A stretch of 64,000 nucleotides of DNA, from positions 544,001 through 608,000 of the forward strand of contig CAWDVW010000007.1 in NCBI GenBank assembly GCA_963805855.1. The letters run 5' to 3'. Under the pieces are notes generated by a model that was given only the letters and a program-made list of their open reading frames with translations, did not search any database and had not been told where the DNA came from. Numbering within the stretch: position 1 is the stretch's first letter; each line of letters starts with the position of its first letter. The DNA is from Candidatus Dadabacteria bacterium (GTDB lineage Bacteria; Desulfobacterota_D; UBA1144; Nemesobacterales; CSP1-2). The position numbers and the translations under genes are program-made. This document shows, piece after piece, positions 39,907-50,077 of this stretch.

Positions 39907-40704
39907 TTAAGACAAGGATTTCCTATAATTGTGAATCACAAATGCTGAGATAAAAAGAAACACGATGAGGATTCCTCCAAAGATCTTCCTGCGTTTGATT
40001 ATAGTTTCATCGTCCTGTACATCATTTTCGATCTTGTCAAGATCACCTGTAATCGTGCCCGTCTTGTCTATTATCAAGTCTACCGAAAGAACATGTGTTA
40101 AACGGTGAAACTGGTTTCTATTTGCAAAAAGTGCATCTTCAATGCTTTTAGTATCAAAACCCTCTTCCTTAACCTTTTCAATAGTTTTATTAAGCTGGTT
40201 TATCTTCATCTCCGTTCCTTCCATAACAAATTTTATCTTTTTTGCCCGTTCATATGTGTGACACCTTGAGCAATTCTCTTCGTTTATAAGACCCAAGGTA
40301 GCCCTTTGCTGATGGTGAGCGGTATGGCATGTAGTGCAAACTGGGCGTTTCTGCTTCTCGGTTAGCCAATGAGGACTCTTCATATAGTTCTCCATAACTG
40401 CCACATGGCACTTTCCACAGAACTGAGGAACCTCATCTTCTGTAGGGGCCCCAACAAAACCTTCCTCCGGGCCCATCGCGTCCATATCCTGTAAATCAGG
40501 GTTACCACCGTGACAGTTGTTACAAGATATGCCATTTTGTTTATGAATGCTTTCTTGCCAAAGCTCTACAGGCTTTGCCAGGTCATCTCCCATCTCGGTA
40601 TGACAAGAAATGCAGGAGGTTTCCGGTTCTTGGGCAACAACCTGAGCGACAAAAGCAAAGATAAGCAGCAAAAAAGAAAAAAGGAGTAAGTATTTGACAA
40701 ACAT
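39907..40704 (-). CDS. Pentaheme cytochrome c with C-terminal membrane anchor
   Basis: Signal peptide, 5 CxxCH, coiled coil and C-terminal TM. Confidence 0.92.
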   Translation of the reverse strand: MFVKYLLLFSFLLLIFAFVAQVVAQEPETSCISCHTEMGDDLAKPVELWQESIHKQNGISCNNCHGGNPDLQDMDAMGPEEGFVGAPTEDEVPQFCGKCHVAVMENYMKSPHWLTEKQKRPVCTTCHTAHHQQRATLGLINEENCSRCHTYERAKKIKFVMEGTEMKINQLNKTIEKVKEEGFDTKSIEDALFANRNQFHRLTHVLSVDLIIDKTGTITGDLDKIENDVQDDETIIKRRKIFGGILIVFLFISAFVIHNYRKSLS

Positions 40705-40716
40705 TTCGTCTCCTTT

Positions 40717-41772
40717 TTATAGAATTTTTCCTAAAACTGTAAGGGCTAAAAAGACCAAAACCCCAAGAATTGCCAGCGTCAGGAAAACCGGCCTTCTTAG
40801 CGGATTTCTTTCACGGCCAACATCGATTAGAGGTAAGAGAATAAGAAAGAGAATTAGCAAAATCTGTATAAACACACCAAGAAACTTATTCGGAATTAGC
40901 TTTAGCATCTGGTAGGTTGCAAGAAAATACCACTCAGGCTTTATATGAGGAGGTGTAAAAAATGGGTCCGCCCGTTCCAAGGCATCCGTTGGGAAATAAA
41001 GCTTCGGGTAAAAGAAGACAAAAATGAAAAGGATCCCGAGGAAAAAGTATATAACCTTCACGTCCTCTAACGCAAACTGGGGCACGAAGGGCACCTTTTT
41101 CACCTCTTCCTTCTTAGTCCCAGGAGGATAGGATATACCCGTTCTCCTCATAAAGAACAGATGCATTGCGACCAGCATTAGAAACAATAAAGGCACGACT
41201 ATGACATGCAGGGTGAAAAATCTACCCAACGTTGCTTGCCCTACACTTTCACTGCCTCTTACCCACTTTACTAGTTCATTGCCAATATAAGGCACCGCAC
41301 TTATCGTATCCGTTGCAACTGTAGTAGCCCAATAAGAGAGCTGGCTCCAAGGAAGGAGATAGCCCGAGAGTGCTGCTAAAAATCCCAAAGACAAGAGCAC
41401 GCAGCCCGAGATCCACTGTAGCTCTCTGGGCTTCTTATAAGAGCCCATAAAAAGAGTGCTCGCCATATGGAGAAAGAGTACAGCTATGAATATGTTCGCT
41501 GCCATCGCATGAACCCTTCTAATTAACCACCCGAATGGGACCCCGTTAGTTATATAGGTGACACTATCAAAGGCTTTGTCTACATCGGGGATATAATATA
41601 TGAGAAGCAAGATCCCGGATATAAACTGGATTAAAAGCATTGCGATGAGTGCGGCGCCCATAGAGTACCAAAAACTCAGATTCGCCGGGACCATATAGCC
41701 GGTGAGATTACTTTTTATTACCTCTCTAATTCCAACTCTTTCATCGATCCAATCAACGATTTTCTTCAACAT
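40717..41772 (-). CDS. petB: Cytochrome b of a Rieske/cytochrome b complex (unsplit)
   Basis: GWLIRRVH, GYLLPW.QLSYWA, RFFTLH and IKPEWYF. Confidence 0.96.
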   Translation of the reverse strand: MLKKIVDWIDERVGIREVIKSNLTGYMVPANLSFWYSMGAALIAMLLIQFISGILLLIYYIPDVDKAFDSVTYITNGVPFGWLIRRVHAMAANIFIAVLFLHMASTLFMGSYKKPRELQWISGCVLLSLGFLAALSGYLLPWSQLSYWATTVATDTISAVPYIGNELVKWVRGSESVGQATLGRFFTLHVIVVPLLFLMLVAMHLFFMRRTGISYPPGTKKEEVKKVPFVPQFALEDVKVIYFFLGILFIFVFFYPKLYFPTDALERADPFFTPPHIKPEWYFLATYQMLKLIPNKFLGVFIQILLILFLILLPLIDVGRERNPLRRPVFLTLAILGVLVFLALTVLGKIL

Positions 41773-41773
41773 A

Positions 41774-42217
41774 TCAAGCCTCTGAAAGTTTTATTTCATT
41801 CTCCACAACTTTAACACCGTAGTGGGGAAGTGGCTTGGGAGGCGGTCCTGAAATGACGTTTCCATTGGCGTCAAATCTACCCGCATGACAAGGACACAAA
41901 AATATACCCGCGTCCTTTTCCCACTGTACAATACATCCAAGGTGTGTACATACGGCTGAAAAGGCTCTGATCTCGCCCTTATAATCGATGACAACTGTTG
42001 GGTGACCGAAAGCAAGTCCCGTTTTTGATCCTTCTTCTGATACAGCCGACACCATTATGGGTTTACCCGAAGGGTTTACAAAAACCTTTTCTGTCCCGGC
42101 CGTCGATTTCGGTAAAAGGTATGCTACCGTAGGAGGTATCCAGCTTAACGCTGTAAGACCGAATATCCATTTAACGACTGTGCCAAAGAAATCCCTTCTC
42201 CCGATTTCATCGCCCAT
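41774..42217 (-). CDS. Rieske [2Fe-2S] protein
   Basis: ATG 42217 after GGAGG, Tat motif GRRDFF, CTHLGC and CPCH. Confidence 0.96.
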   Translation of the reverse strand: MGDEIGRRDFFGTVVKWIFGLTALSWIPPTVAYLLPKSTAGTEKVFVNPSGKPIMVSAVSEEGSKTGLAFGHPTVVIDYKGEIRAFSAVCTHLGCIVQWEKDAGIFLCPCHAGRFDANGNVISGPPPKPLPHYGVKVVENEIKLSEA

Positions 42218-42222
42218 GGGGG

Positions 42223-43470
42223 TTACCTCCTTAGTCTTTGATATGTTATCTGCAGTAAAAACAAAACTACCAAAACTGCGGCGAGTAAAGCAAACCAACC
42301 CCATATGCCTATACTTCCTTTCCCAATTTTTATTAATTGTTCATCCTCTGCCATCTCTACCTTCATTATGTTTGGTTCGAGGAAAGGAACCCTGAATTCA
42401 TAATACAAGTAAGATTCAACCAATAGTGTCTCGCCAATTCCTTTCGGAAGAGGAAAGGTAAACTCCTCTCTCCGCGTCTCCTTTGGCCTGATTCGGTTAT
42501 CGCTCTTTACAGACGTAGCTTTTAGAAACATATCTTTAATATTTTCTTCCGGAATCTCTCTTCCCTCCCCATCAACAAGAACTCGTCTGTATACGATCTC
42601 CTCACTTTCAAGCTCCTGTCCCCTGGGGTCGAGAAGTTTAACCGTGAGTATTACTTTACGCGAAGGAATGCCAGTGGGTAGAGAGTGCCCCGCTTCTGCG
42701 TTCGTTACATAGACTACCACCGAGATATGGTCATCGGCTTTTTCGACAACCTGGGTCAGCGTTGCCGCCTTGGTTATATTTATCTGAGAATGTCCACCTA
42801 GAAATTTATGCGCAGTTACATTATGTTGGGTTTTTGCAAATTCAGGATTCACAATAGGGACCCCAAACTCCTCTGGCATATGACAATTCTGACATTGGAT
42901 CCCCTTTTCCGCATAAGGTCCCCGTTTCCATTCCGTATACGTACTCATCACGTGAAATCCATTTTCGTTTACGACTTCATGACATCCGGCGCAGAATTCA
43001 GCCTTTAGGTGGATCTCAGAAAAATGATTCTGATGTCCTATTTCCAAGTCGCTCTTGATTGGACCTCTTTTTACAAAGCCTAGCGCAAATTCAAATGGCT
43101 CTTCCTTACTTAGATCCACGCCTTTTATGGTATGACAAAAATCACATGTAACCCCTTCCTTGGTTATGGGCTGGGTGAGGTTATAATCGCCGGTAACCCT
43201 CACTGTAGGAGCATGACATTTAAGGCAGAATCTTCTATTTTCTTCCCTCTCGACTTCATTATAAAAACCGAGAAAAACAGGGTCGCTGATGGAAGAAGCA
43301 TGTAAAGAATTTTTCCACTGCTTATGTATCATTGTATGGCAGGAGCCACAGACCTGACTCTCTGTGTACCCTTCCTTTTTAACAATGGGATGGTCCGTCA
43401 CGGCTCCTACAGTGACTGTACTAACGAGCAGGGCTAGAAGAACGTTTATAAGATCAGATTTCTTGAGCAT
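42223..43470 (-). CDS. Pentaheme cytochrome c (c554-like N-terminus) with C-terminal TM
   Basis: 5 Cxx[15 protein letters not shown] and C-terminal TM. Confidence 0.9.
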   Translation of the reverse strand: MLKKSDLINVLLALLVSTVTVGAVTDHPIVKKEGYTESQVCGSCHTMIHKQWKNSLHASSISDPVFLGFYNEVEREENRRFCLKCHAPTVRVTGDYNLTQPITKEGVTCDFCHTIKGVDLSKEEPFEFALGFVKRGPIKSDLEIGHQNHFSEIHLKAEFCAGCHEVVNENGFHVMSTYTEWKRGPYAEKGIQCQNCHMPEEFGVPIVNPEFAKTQHNVTAHKFLGGHSQINITKAATLTQVVEKADDHISVVVYVTNAEAGHSLPTGIPSRKVILTVKLLDPRGQELESEEIVYRRVLVDGEGREIPEENIKDMFLKATSVKSDNRIRPKETRREEFTFPLPKGIGETLLVESYLYYEFRVPFLEPNIMKVEMAEDEQLIKIGKGSIGIWGWFALLAAVLVVLFLLQITYQRLRR

Positions 43471-43619
43471 ACCGGAAAGAGTTTCCTACAAGTAAGACAT
43501 CCTGTAAAGAAAGTAAAATTTTCTATTCAGTCGCCGCAACAATTTCAGACTTAATTTATCTTATTCTACATCAAGAGTCCAGTTCCTATTCAGGCTCTAT
43601 GTTTCATTGTTTCATTGAG

Positions 43620-43635
43620 AGCAAGTTCCATGCCA
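43620..43635 (-). promoter_or_regulatory. Sigma-54 promoter of the Rieske/cytochrome b operon
   Basis: TGGCATGGAACTTGCT on the minus strand. Confidence 0.8.
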
Positions 43636-43811
43636 ATAGCTCACCAGGCCTTAGAATCTAGTCTTTTTGCTCCCACGGAATTGTGGTCATCAGGGAAAGC
43701 AAGTCGACTGTATGAAAATCTGACATACTAAGTGTTTTACCTCTAATAAAACCCCTGTAGCGAACCCTAGGGAAATCGCTAGTTAAACTGTTTTAGCGAT
43801 CTGTAATTCTT

Positions 43812-43827
43812 TGGCACAAAGTTTGCT
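43812..43827 (+). promoter_or_regulatory. Sigma-54 promoter of hemA
   Basis: TGGCACAAAGTTTGCT. Confidence 0.85.
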
Positions 43828-43847
43828 CAGTGATACTCTTCAAGAAG

Positions 43848-45158
43848 ATGAGATTGGTTCTTGTCGGACTTAATCATAAGACTGCTCCTGTTGAGGTGAG
43901 GGAAAATCTCTATTTTGAAAATTCTTCTCTCGGAGCTGGACTAGATGACTTGCGGCAGAAAGCCGGAATTAGAGAATGTGCAATCCTCTCGACCTGTAAT
44001 CGTGTGGAGGTATATGGTGTAACAGAAAATGAAGACGGCATAGAGGAAATTACACAATTTCTATCCGAATTTCATGGTGTTCCTACACTGAACTTCGCTC
44101 CTTACCTCTATGTTATGACGAGAAACGCTGTTACAAGGCACATGCTTCGAGTTACGTCCAGCCTAGATTCTATGGTGGTGGGTGAACCCCAAATACTGGG
44201 ACAGGTTAAGGATGCTTATAGAATGGCTGTTGGAAAGAAGACCGCAGGGCCTATACTCAACCGCCTCTTCAATCATGCCTTTTTTGTTGCAAAGAGGGTG
44301 AGAGCCGAAACCGGAATAGGACACTATACCACCTCGGTAAGTCATGCAGCGGTGGAGCTTGCAAAAAGAATATTTGACGACCTTTCAGGGAGAAGGGTCA
44401 TGCTCATAGGAGCAGGAGGAATGGGAAAGCATGCTCTGACTCATCTTGTAGCAGCAGGGGTAAGAGACTTAATCGTTGCCAATCGGACAATTGGGCGAGC
44501 CCAAGAGATTACTGAAAAATTGGGCGGTAGAGCGATAAGAATTGAAGAGGCTTACAATTACTTAAAGGAATCGGATATCGTGATTACCGCTACCGGTTCT
44601 AATGATTTTATAATAAAGCCACAGAACGTTCTCGATGCTCTAAAGCTCCGGCGCAATGAGCCCATGTTTATGATAGATATTGGAGTCCCGAGAGATGTTG
44701 ACCCGAGGGTTGGAGAGCTAGAAAACGTCTATCTTTACGATATAGACGACCTTCAGGGTGTCGTAGTTGAAACCTCTAAGATAAGACACGTTCACCTAGA
44801 AAAGGCTGAAGAGATAATTCTTCAAGGAGATACGGGGTTCCATCAGTGGCTCGAAGGGCTTAAGGCCGTACCGACCATCATCTCCATAAGACGACGGTTT
44901 AATGAAATTAAATGCATTGAGGTTGAGAAGGCCTTAAAGAGGTTAGGCAACATCTCGGAAAGAGAGAGGGAGATCATAGAAGGGATGGCATCTGCAATTA
45001 TAGGTAAGATTCTTCATCACCCGGTAACCAGGTTAAAAACAGAGGCTTCTAAGTTAACAGGGGATATCTATGCAGATACGATCAGAGAAATATTTAACCT
45101 TGATGAACAATCCAAGTTACAAGAATACTGCGTAGTGAATTCTGAAAATGAGGTTTAG
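43848..45158 (+). CDS. hemA: Glutamyl-tRNA reductase
   Basis: GLNHKTAP, STCNRVE, GEPQILGQ and DIGVPRD. ATG 43848 is preferred because GTG 43830 lies upstream of the predicted sigma-54 +1. Confidence 0.97.
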   Translation: MRLVLVGLNHKTAPVEVRENLYFENSSLGAGLDDLRQKAGIRECAILSTCNRVEVYGVTENEDGIEEITQFLSEFHGVPTLNFAPYLYVMTRNAVTRHMLRVTSSLDSMVVGEPQILGQVKDAYRMAVGKKTAGPILNRLFNHAFFVAKRVRAETGIGHYTTSVSHAAVELAKRIFDDLSGRRVMLIGAGGMGKHALTHLVAAGVRDLIVANRTIGRAQEITEKLGGRAIRIEEAYNYLKESDIVITATGSNDFIIKPQNVLDALKLRRNEPMFMIDIGVPRDVDPRVGELENVYLYDIDDLQGVVVETSKIRHVHLEKAEEIILQGDTGFHQWLEGLKAVPTIISIRRRFNEIKCIEVEKALKRLGNISEREREIIEGMASAIIGKILHHPVTRLKTEASKLTGDIYADTIREIFNLDEQSKLQEYCVVNSENEV

Positions 45159-45162
45159 TGGG

Positions 45163-45552
45163 CTACTGTACCTCGCCCTTAACGAGCTCGGAATTGCGAA
45201 TACCTCGAATGGGATTGAATAAAAAACAAAAAATTACGCCCTTAGTATCAGCGAGATTATGAATCCTGTAGGGCTCATTATCGAATATTGATATACCCTC
45301 GCCGCGAAGAAGTTCGTAGTACCTATCACCGACTTCAAATGCCAGGTTGCCCTCGACAATCATGTGAAATGACGCATTGTACCAGAGGTAGGATTCATCA
45401 ACCGAAGATTTCGGCCCTAGTTCTATTGTTAATAACTCAATTGGATCACTTTCGTATATTACACGAATACAGGTTGTTCCTCGCTGAATAGACCTTAAAG
45501 AGTGCCCCTTCTTAAAAACCCGTACATCCGCGTGTTCCATCTTTCTTTCCAC
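45163..45552 (-). CDS. Cupin-fold protein
   Basis: IVEGNL..EVGDRYYEL..GEGI...EPYRIHN cupin-like pattern lacking the usual metal-binding His. Confidence 0.65.
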   Translation of the reverse strand: MERKMEHADVRVFKKGHSLRSIQRGTTCIRVIYESDPIELLTIELGPKSSVDESYLWYNASFHMIVEGNLAFEVGDRYYELLRGEGISIFDNEPYRIHNLADTKGVIFCFLFNPIRGIRNSELVKGEVQ

Positions 45553-45579
45553 AAGTGCTTACAATTAAATTATCTACGT

Positions 45580-45595
45580 GGCAATATCCATACCG
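45580..45595 (-). promoter_or_regulatory. Weaker sigma-54-like element
   Basis: CGGTATGGATATTGCC (GG-N10-GC) just upstream of the cupin gene. Confidence 0.5.
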
Positions 45596-45968
45596 AAGCA
45601 TAAGAACGTTCGGGCGAAAAATTGCCCATTTCTAACCGCCTATAATTAAATAGTATTTCTTAAAATCCGAATTCCTGTCAAAGACGGGATTCCGAGAATT
45701 TATAGAGCAGACGATTTCAAAATGAAATGGTTTTTCTCTAATTGACTGAAATGATTGATTTTTACAATATTACAATTTGCAATAAATTCTTAAATATTGT
45801 TCAAAATGCAATATATCAATTTTTTATCACGGCGATAATGAATCACAGCTCTACCGAGCTTTTCTATATTTTAAGCCGGGTTGATTCTAACATACCGTCA
45901 AGGTTAATTTTATTGCGAGTGAAATGGTATTTCGACACACTATCTCAGCATTTTGAATGGATGGTTTC

Positions 45969-45984
45969 TGGCATGATAATTGCT
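45969..45984 (+). promoter_or_regulatory. Sigma-54 promoter
   Basis: TGGCATGATAATTGCT. Confidence 0.8.
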
Positions 45985-46098
45985 CCTATATGATGGTTGT
46001 GAACTCAAAAAGAGATACAACAAAATCGAAACGGCTGTCGTCCCATAATTGGTTTTCCAGTGTAGAAGCAATAAAAAAAAGCTTAAAGGAGTAAAAGC

Positions 46099-48585
46099 AT
46101 GGCAAAGGAAATAAGTTATACACTCTTTACCATTTTCCTCTCTATACTAATGTTTAGCATCATTAGCTGTGATGGAGGGGGAGGGGGAGGAGGAGGAGGT
46201 GGCGGAGGATCCAGGGTGGAGCTTGATCAAACCCAGTGCAAAAGCGTGGGATTTGGTGCACAGGCTAATGTTCAGGTGATTGCGCCTGCGAATGCGTCTA
46301 TCGAGTGGACATTCGCCGACTGGCCTGGCAGCGACCCAGAGTTTGGTATACCAGCCCCTAGCCTCACAGGTGCTAATACCGATACTGTGTCCTTTACCAC
46401 GTTTAGTATCGAGGACACTCTAGCCAATCTGAACAGAGGCCTTCGCGACAGATTCGAGATCCTGCCTTTCAGCGCGCAGGAGGTGAACTATATCCTCGAC
46501 GTTAAGGTGAGCTCCGGTGGAAACGAAGTGGAGGAATCGATAAGATGCACGTCCGCTCCTCAGTATGGGGGTTGGGAAAACGAATATATTCCCTTGAATT
46601 TCGATCCCGAAACCGAGACCCTTCCCTTCCAGGCCAACACACATCTAGGACTTCCTGTTTATTTTAACGGGGGAACTCAGGACTCTTACAACTGGTCAAT
46701 TACTAGCAAGCCCGCTGGATCAAGCGCATCAATCGTAGATGCGTCTTCAAGAACCCCTCACTTCACCCCCGACGTAGCCGGAGATTATCAGATCGCAGAA
46801 TCCATGTCCGGAAACAGTTTCAGCATATTCAACGTCAGCGAATGGCTCGGTGTCACTGCGGGAGGAAGCTGCTCTGCGTGTCACTCGATAGACCAGACCA
46901 GATCATCTGACGGCAGAATCATGACGCCGAAATATCAACCATGGCTCGCTACCGGTCACGCAACATTCTTCGAAGAAAGCATTGACGGACAAAAATCCTC
47001 CCATTACAACGAAAGCTGCATATACTGTCACACGGTGGGTTACAACCTGGGGAACACGATCTATAATAACGGGTTTGATGACGTTCAGGAAGTGGTTGGC
47101 TGGGAATTTCCTGCCACGCTTATGCCCGGAAACTTCGATGCTATCCCGTCGGACCTCCAGGAACTGGCGAATATACAGTGTGAAAATTGCCATGGGCCGG
47201 GACAGCGGCATGCTTCTATGGGCGGAGACCCCGATGCCATAATAACGAACTACACAGCTAACGATTGCTTCCAGTGTCACGATGAACCCCCAAATCACCT
47301 TAGAGCTAATCAATGGAATAATTCCCCCCACTCAAAATTTGTGACCACAGGAGATCTTCAAATAAGTCCCCTGGGAGAAGATGACCCTGCACTAAGGGGA
47401 ACCTGTGCAAATTGTCACAGCACAGCCGGCAACGTGATATGGATCAGAAGCGGCGGCGAGCCTCAGGATCTTGTAGACTTTGCACCGCCAGCGGATTTCG
47501 CCGAGCCACAAACGTGTTCAGCGTGCCATGATCCGCACAATGAAGCCAACTGCGAGCACCAGGTGAGGCGATGCAGCAGCTTTACCACCGTTGCCATGTA
47601 TACAGTGCCGGATAGCGTGGGATTGGGCGCAACGTGCTTTGGTTGCCATAACTCAAGGAGACCAATAAGCAACCCGAGCACATTGACAAACCAAAATGAT
47701 GCGCACGCAGCCCTTCAGGGGGACACGTTCCTGGGTGAAAATATGTGGTTTGAAGAGGATGCGCCCGGTGGAGTATATCCAAATTCACCTCATACGACCG
47801 CTACCAAAGAGGCATGCGTAGACTGCCACATGGCCCAGAATCCCGACCAGGACGGCCCCGAGCGCAATAAGGTTGGAGAGCATACACATCTTGTAATTGA
47901 CGAGGAGACGGAATTTGAGAACACGGGTATAGCTCCGACAGCCGATGACCCCCAAGGGTCGGGCTGTCTGTCATCGGGATGTCATGCCACGTCGGCCGAT
48001 ATATTTGAGTTCAATATTCCGCACACTTATGGAGACTTCAACGGCAATGGCATTAGAGAAGGCGTACAGACCGAGGTACTGGGGCTTTTAGACAAACTGG
48101 GAGACGCAATAGGTGAATTTGCGATGGATGCCGGCTGGGATGCCGGTTGCGTTCCGCAAGGGAAACCCACTCCGGTTCCGTTCCACGGAAGGGTAAGGCT
48201 CCTGAAGAGTTGCTGCACCATAGAACAGGCGGAAACAGACGATACCTGCTTTACGCAGCCTGCGGGAATGATCCCCGACGCAGATATCTATAAGGCAGCC
48301 TTCAACTATCTCTTTGTAGAGGAAGACAAGAGCGAAGGGGTGCATAACACGGCTTTCGAAGTCACTGCACTGAGAACCTCATACGAACAGGTCACCGGGG
48401 AGGAGTTCAGTGGGGAAAAGTATCCGCACAGCGAAGAAACATGGCCTGGCGCCCATCCGGGGGTTGTCAAGGCAGATAACGTAGCCAGATGCGTGGGTTG
48501 TCACTTTGCCGGCAATCCGTACGGTGCTCCGTTCCCGGCGCCATTTCCTCTTGGCGTTCCAGTGTGCAGCTCATGCCATCAGTAA
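46099..48585 (+). CDS. Large multiheme lipoprotein cytochrome c (10 CxxCH + 1 CX4CH) with Ig/PKD-like N-terminal region
   Basis: Lipobox IISC, Gly12 tether, YNWSITSKPAGS...FTPDVAGDY, heme motifs and C-terminal DKSEGVHN. Confidence 0.9.
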   Translation: MAKEISYTLFTIFLSILMFSIISCDGGGGGGGGGGGGSRVELDQTQCKSVGFGAQANVQVIAPANASIEWTFADWPGSDPEFGIPAPSLTGANTDTVSFTTFSIEDTLANLNRGLRDRFEILPFSAQEVNYILDVKVSSGGNEVEESIRCTSAPQYGGWENEYIPLNFDPETETLPFQANTHLGLPVYFNGGTQDSYNWSITSKPAGSSASIVDASSRTPHFTPDVAGDYQIAESMSGNSFSIFNVSEWLGVTAGGSCSACHSIDQTRSSDGRIMTPKYQPWLATGHATFFEESIDGQKSSHYNESCIYCHTVGYNLGNTIYNNGFDDVQEVVGWEFPATLMPGNFDAIPSDLQELANIQCENCHGPGQRHASMGGDPDAIITNYTANDCFQCHDEPPNHLRANQWNNSPHSKFVTTGDLQISPLGEDDPALRGTCANCHSTAGNVIWIRSGGEPQDLVDFAPPADFAEPQTCSACHDPHNEANCEHQVRRCSSFTTVAMYTVPDSVGLGATCFGCHNSRRPISNPSTLTNQNDAHAALQGDTFLGENMWFEEDAPGGVYPNSPHTTATKEACVDCHMAQNPDQDGPERNKVGEHTHLVIDEETEFENTGIAPTADDPQGSGCLSSGCHATSADIFEFNIPHTYGDFNGNGIREGVQTEVLGLLDKLGDAIGEFAMDAGWDAGCVPQGKPTPVPFHGRVRLLKSCCTIEQAETDDTCFTQPAGMIPDADIYKAAFNYLFVEEDKSEGVHNTAFEVTALRTSYEQVTGEEFSGEKYPHSEETWPGAHPGVVKADNVARCVGCHFAGNPYGAPFPAPFPLGVPVCSSCHQ

Positions 48586-48626
48586 AGGGACACTGCTGAC
48601 GGCGGTCAGTGTTTATTTTCGAGTAT

Positions 48627-48672
48627 AGGATCAGGGCCCGGTTTCAGAACATGGGTCCTGATCCTTTTTTTT
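48627..48672 (+). terminator. Rho-independent terminator
   Basis: AGGATCAGGGCCC / GGGTCCTGATCCT stem followed by a T tract. Confidence 0.85.
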
Positions 48673-50074
48673 ACTCTGTGTTTTCTTTGCCGAGCTTTCG
48701 CCAGATTGTGACAGGGGAGATTCCAAGGATCTCTGCCGCCTTAATTCTGTTTCCGCCGCAGAGCCTTAGAACCTCCTCGATATAGCCATCCTCAACCTCT
48801 CTTAATGTCCGGAACCCTTTTTCTCCTAGATCCCTCTTTGCCTCCTTTCCACTATCCGGAGGGGGGATTTCAGTTCCTTCAAAAATTTGCTGTGGAAGGT
48901 GACGAGTTCGGATAAGGCCGTCTTTTTCTGCGAATATTACCGCGCGCTCAATCGCATTCTTGAGCTCTCTTACGTTTCCCGGCCAGTTATAATTGGTGAT
49001 ACGCGCCATTGCCCGTTCAGAAAAATCAAAAATATTTTTTTTCAACTCCTCCGAGTACTTCCTAAGAAAGTGTCTGGCAAACATGGGAATGTCTTCTCTC
49101 TGCTCGCGTAAGGGCGGGATATTTATCTGTACAACGTTAAGTCTATAGTAGAGATCATCACGGAAGTTGCCCTCTCTCACCTCCTGTGCGATCTCCCTAT
49201 TAGTTGCGGCGACTACCCTTACATCCACGCTGATTTCATCCTCTGAACCCACCGTCTTTATCTTTCTTGCCTCCAGTGCACGAAGAATCTTAGCCTGCAT
49301 ATCCTTTTTCATCTCGCTTATCTCATCCAAGAAAAGAGTCCCCCCATCTGCCAGCTCAAAACTACCCTTCTTTGTATAGATTGCCCCCGTAAAAGCACCC
49401 TTCTTATGACCAAAGAGCTCGCTTTCCAGAAGTGCCTCGGGTATAGCGGCACAATTCACTGTTACGAAGGGGTTGTTGCTTCGGAAGCTCTTGAAGTGAA
49501 TTATACGTGCAAGAACCTCTTTTCCTGTTCCACTCTCTCCTAAAATTAACACGCTCGAATCTGTCTCAGATACCTTGAGAGCCAGCTCAAACACTTCATG
49601 CATTTTCTTACTATTGCCGATGACGACATCCTGCCCGTAGAAGTTTCCCAGTTCATCTCTTAGGAATATGCTCTCATCTCCCAGTTTCTTCTTTTGAAAA
49701 GCTCTATTGACAATAAAACGGATCTGATCGGGTTTAAAGGGCTTTGTAATATAGTCTATGGCTCCATGCCGCATAGAGGTTATTGCCGTATCAATCGACG
49801 CATATCCGGTAATCATACAGACAATAATTCTATGATTAAACTCTTTAATTTGGTCCAGTATTTGAAGTCCATCCTGATCCGGGAGACGGATGTCGCAGAT
49901 AACCATATCGTAGGCGTCTGCGCGGACCATTTTCAGAGCTTCATATCCATCATGAGAAGTGCTGACTGAATAACCGCTTCGCTCAAGCGTCTTCTTTATA
50001 GACTCACAAATATTTTGCTCATCGTCTACTACCAGAATCCGTCCCTTGCTCTCTTCCGTATCGCTCATACGCAT
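48671..50074 (-). CDS. NtrC-family sigma-54 enhancer-binding response regulator
   Basis: REC domain, GESGTGKE, ESELFGH..GAFTGA, WPGNVREL and Fis HTH. Confidence 0.97.
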   Translation of the reverse strand: MRMSDTEESKGRILVVDDEQNICESIKKTLERSGYSVSTSHDGYEALKMVRADAYDMVICDIRLPDQDGLQILDQIKEFNHRIIVCMITGYASIDTAITSMRHGAIDYITKPFKPDQIRFIVNRAFQKKKLGDESIFLRDELGNFYGQDVVIGNSKKMHEVFELALKVSETDSSVLILGESGTGKEVLARIIHFKSFRSNNPFVTVNCAAIPEALLESELFGHKKGAFTGAIYTKKGSFELADGGTLFLDEISEMKKDMQAKILRALEARKIKTVGSEDEISVDVRVVAATNREIAQEVREGNFRDDLYYRLNVVQINIPPLREQREDIPMFARHFLRKYSEELKKNIFDFSERAMARITNYNWPGNVRELKNAIERAVIFAEKDGLIRTRHLPQQIFEGTEIPPPDSGKEAKRDLGEKGFRTLREVEDGYIEEVLRLCGGNRIKAAEILGISPVTIWRKLGKENTE

Positions 50075-50077
50075 TGA

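Noticed and set aside
46173-46208. G-rich tract as a phase-variation site
   Set aside because: It uses mixed Gly codons with no long homopolymer, and is explained as a Gly12 linker.
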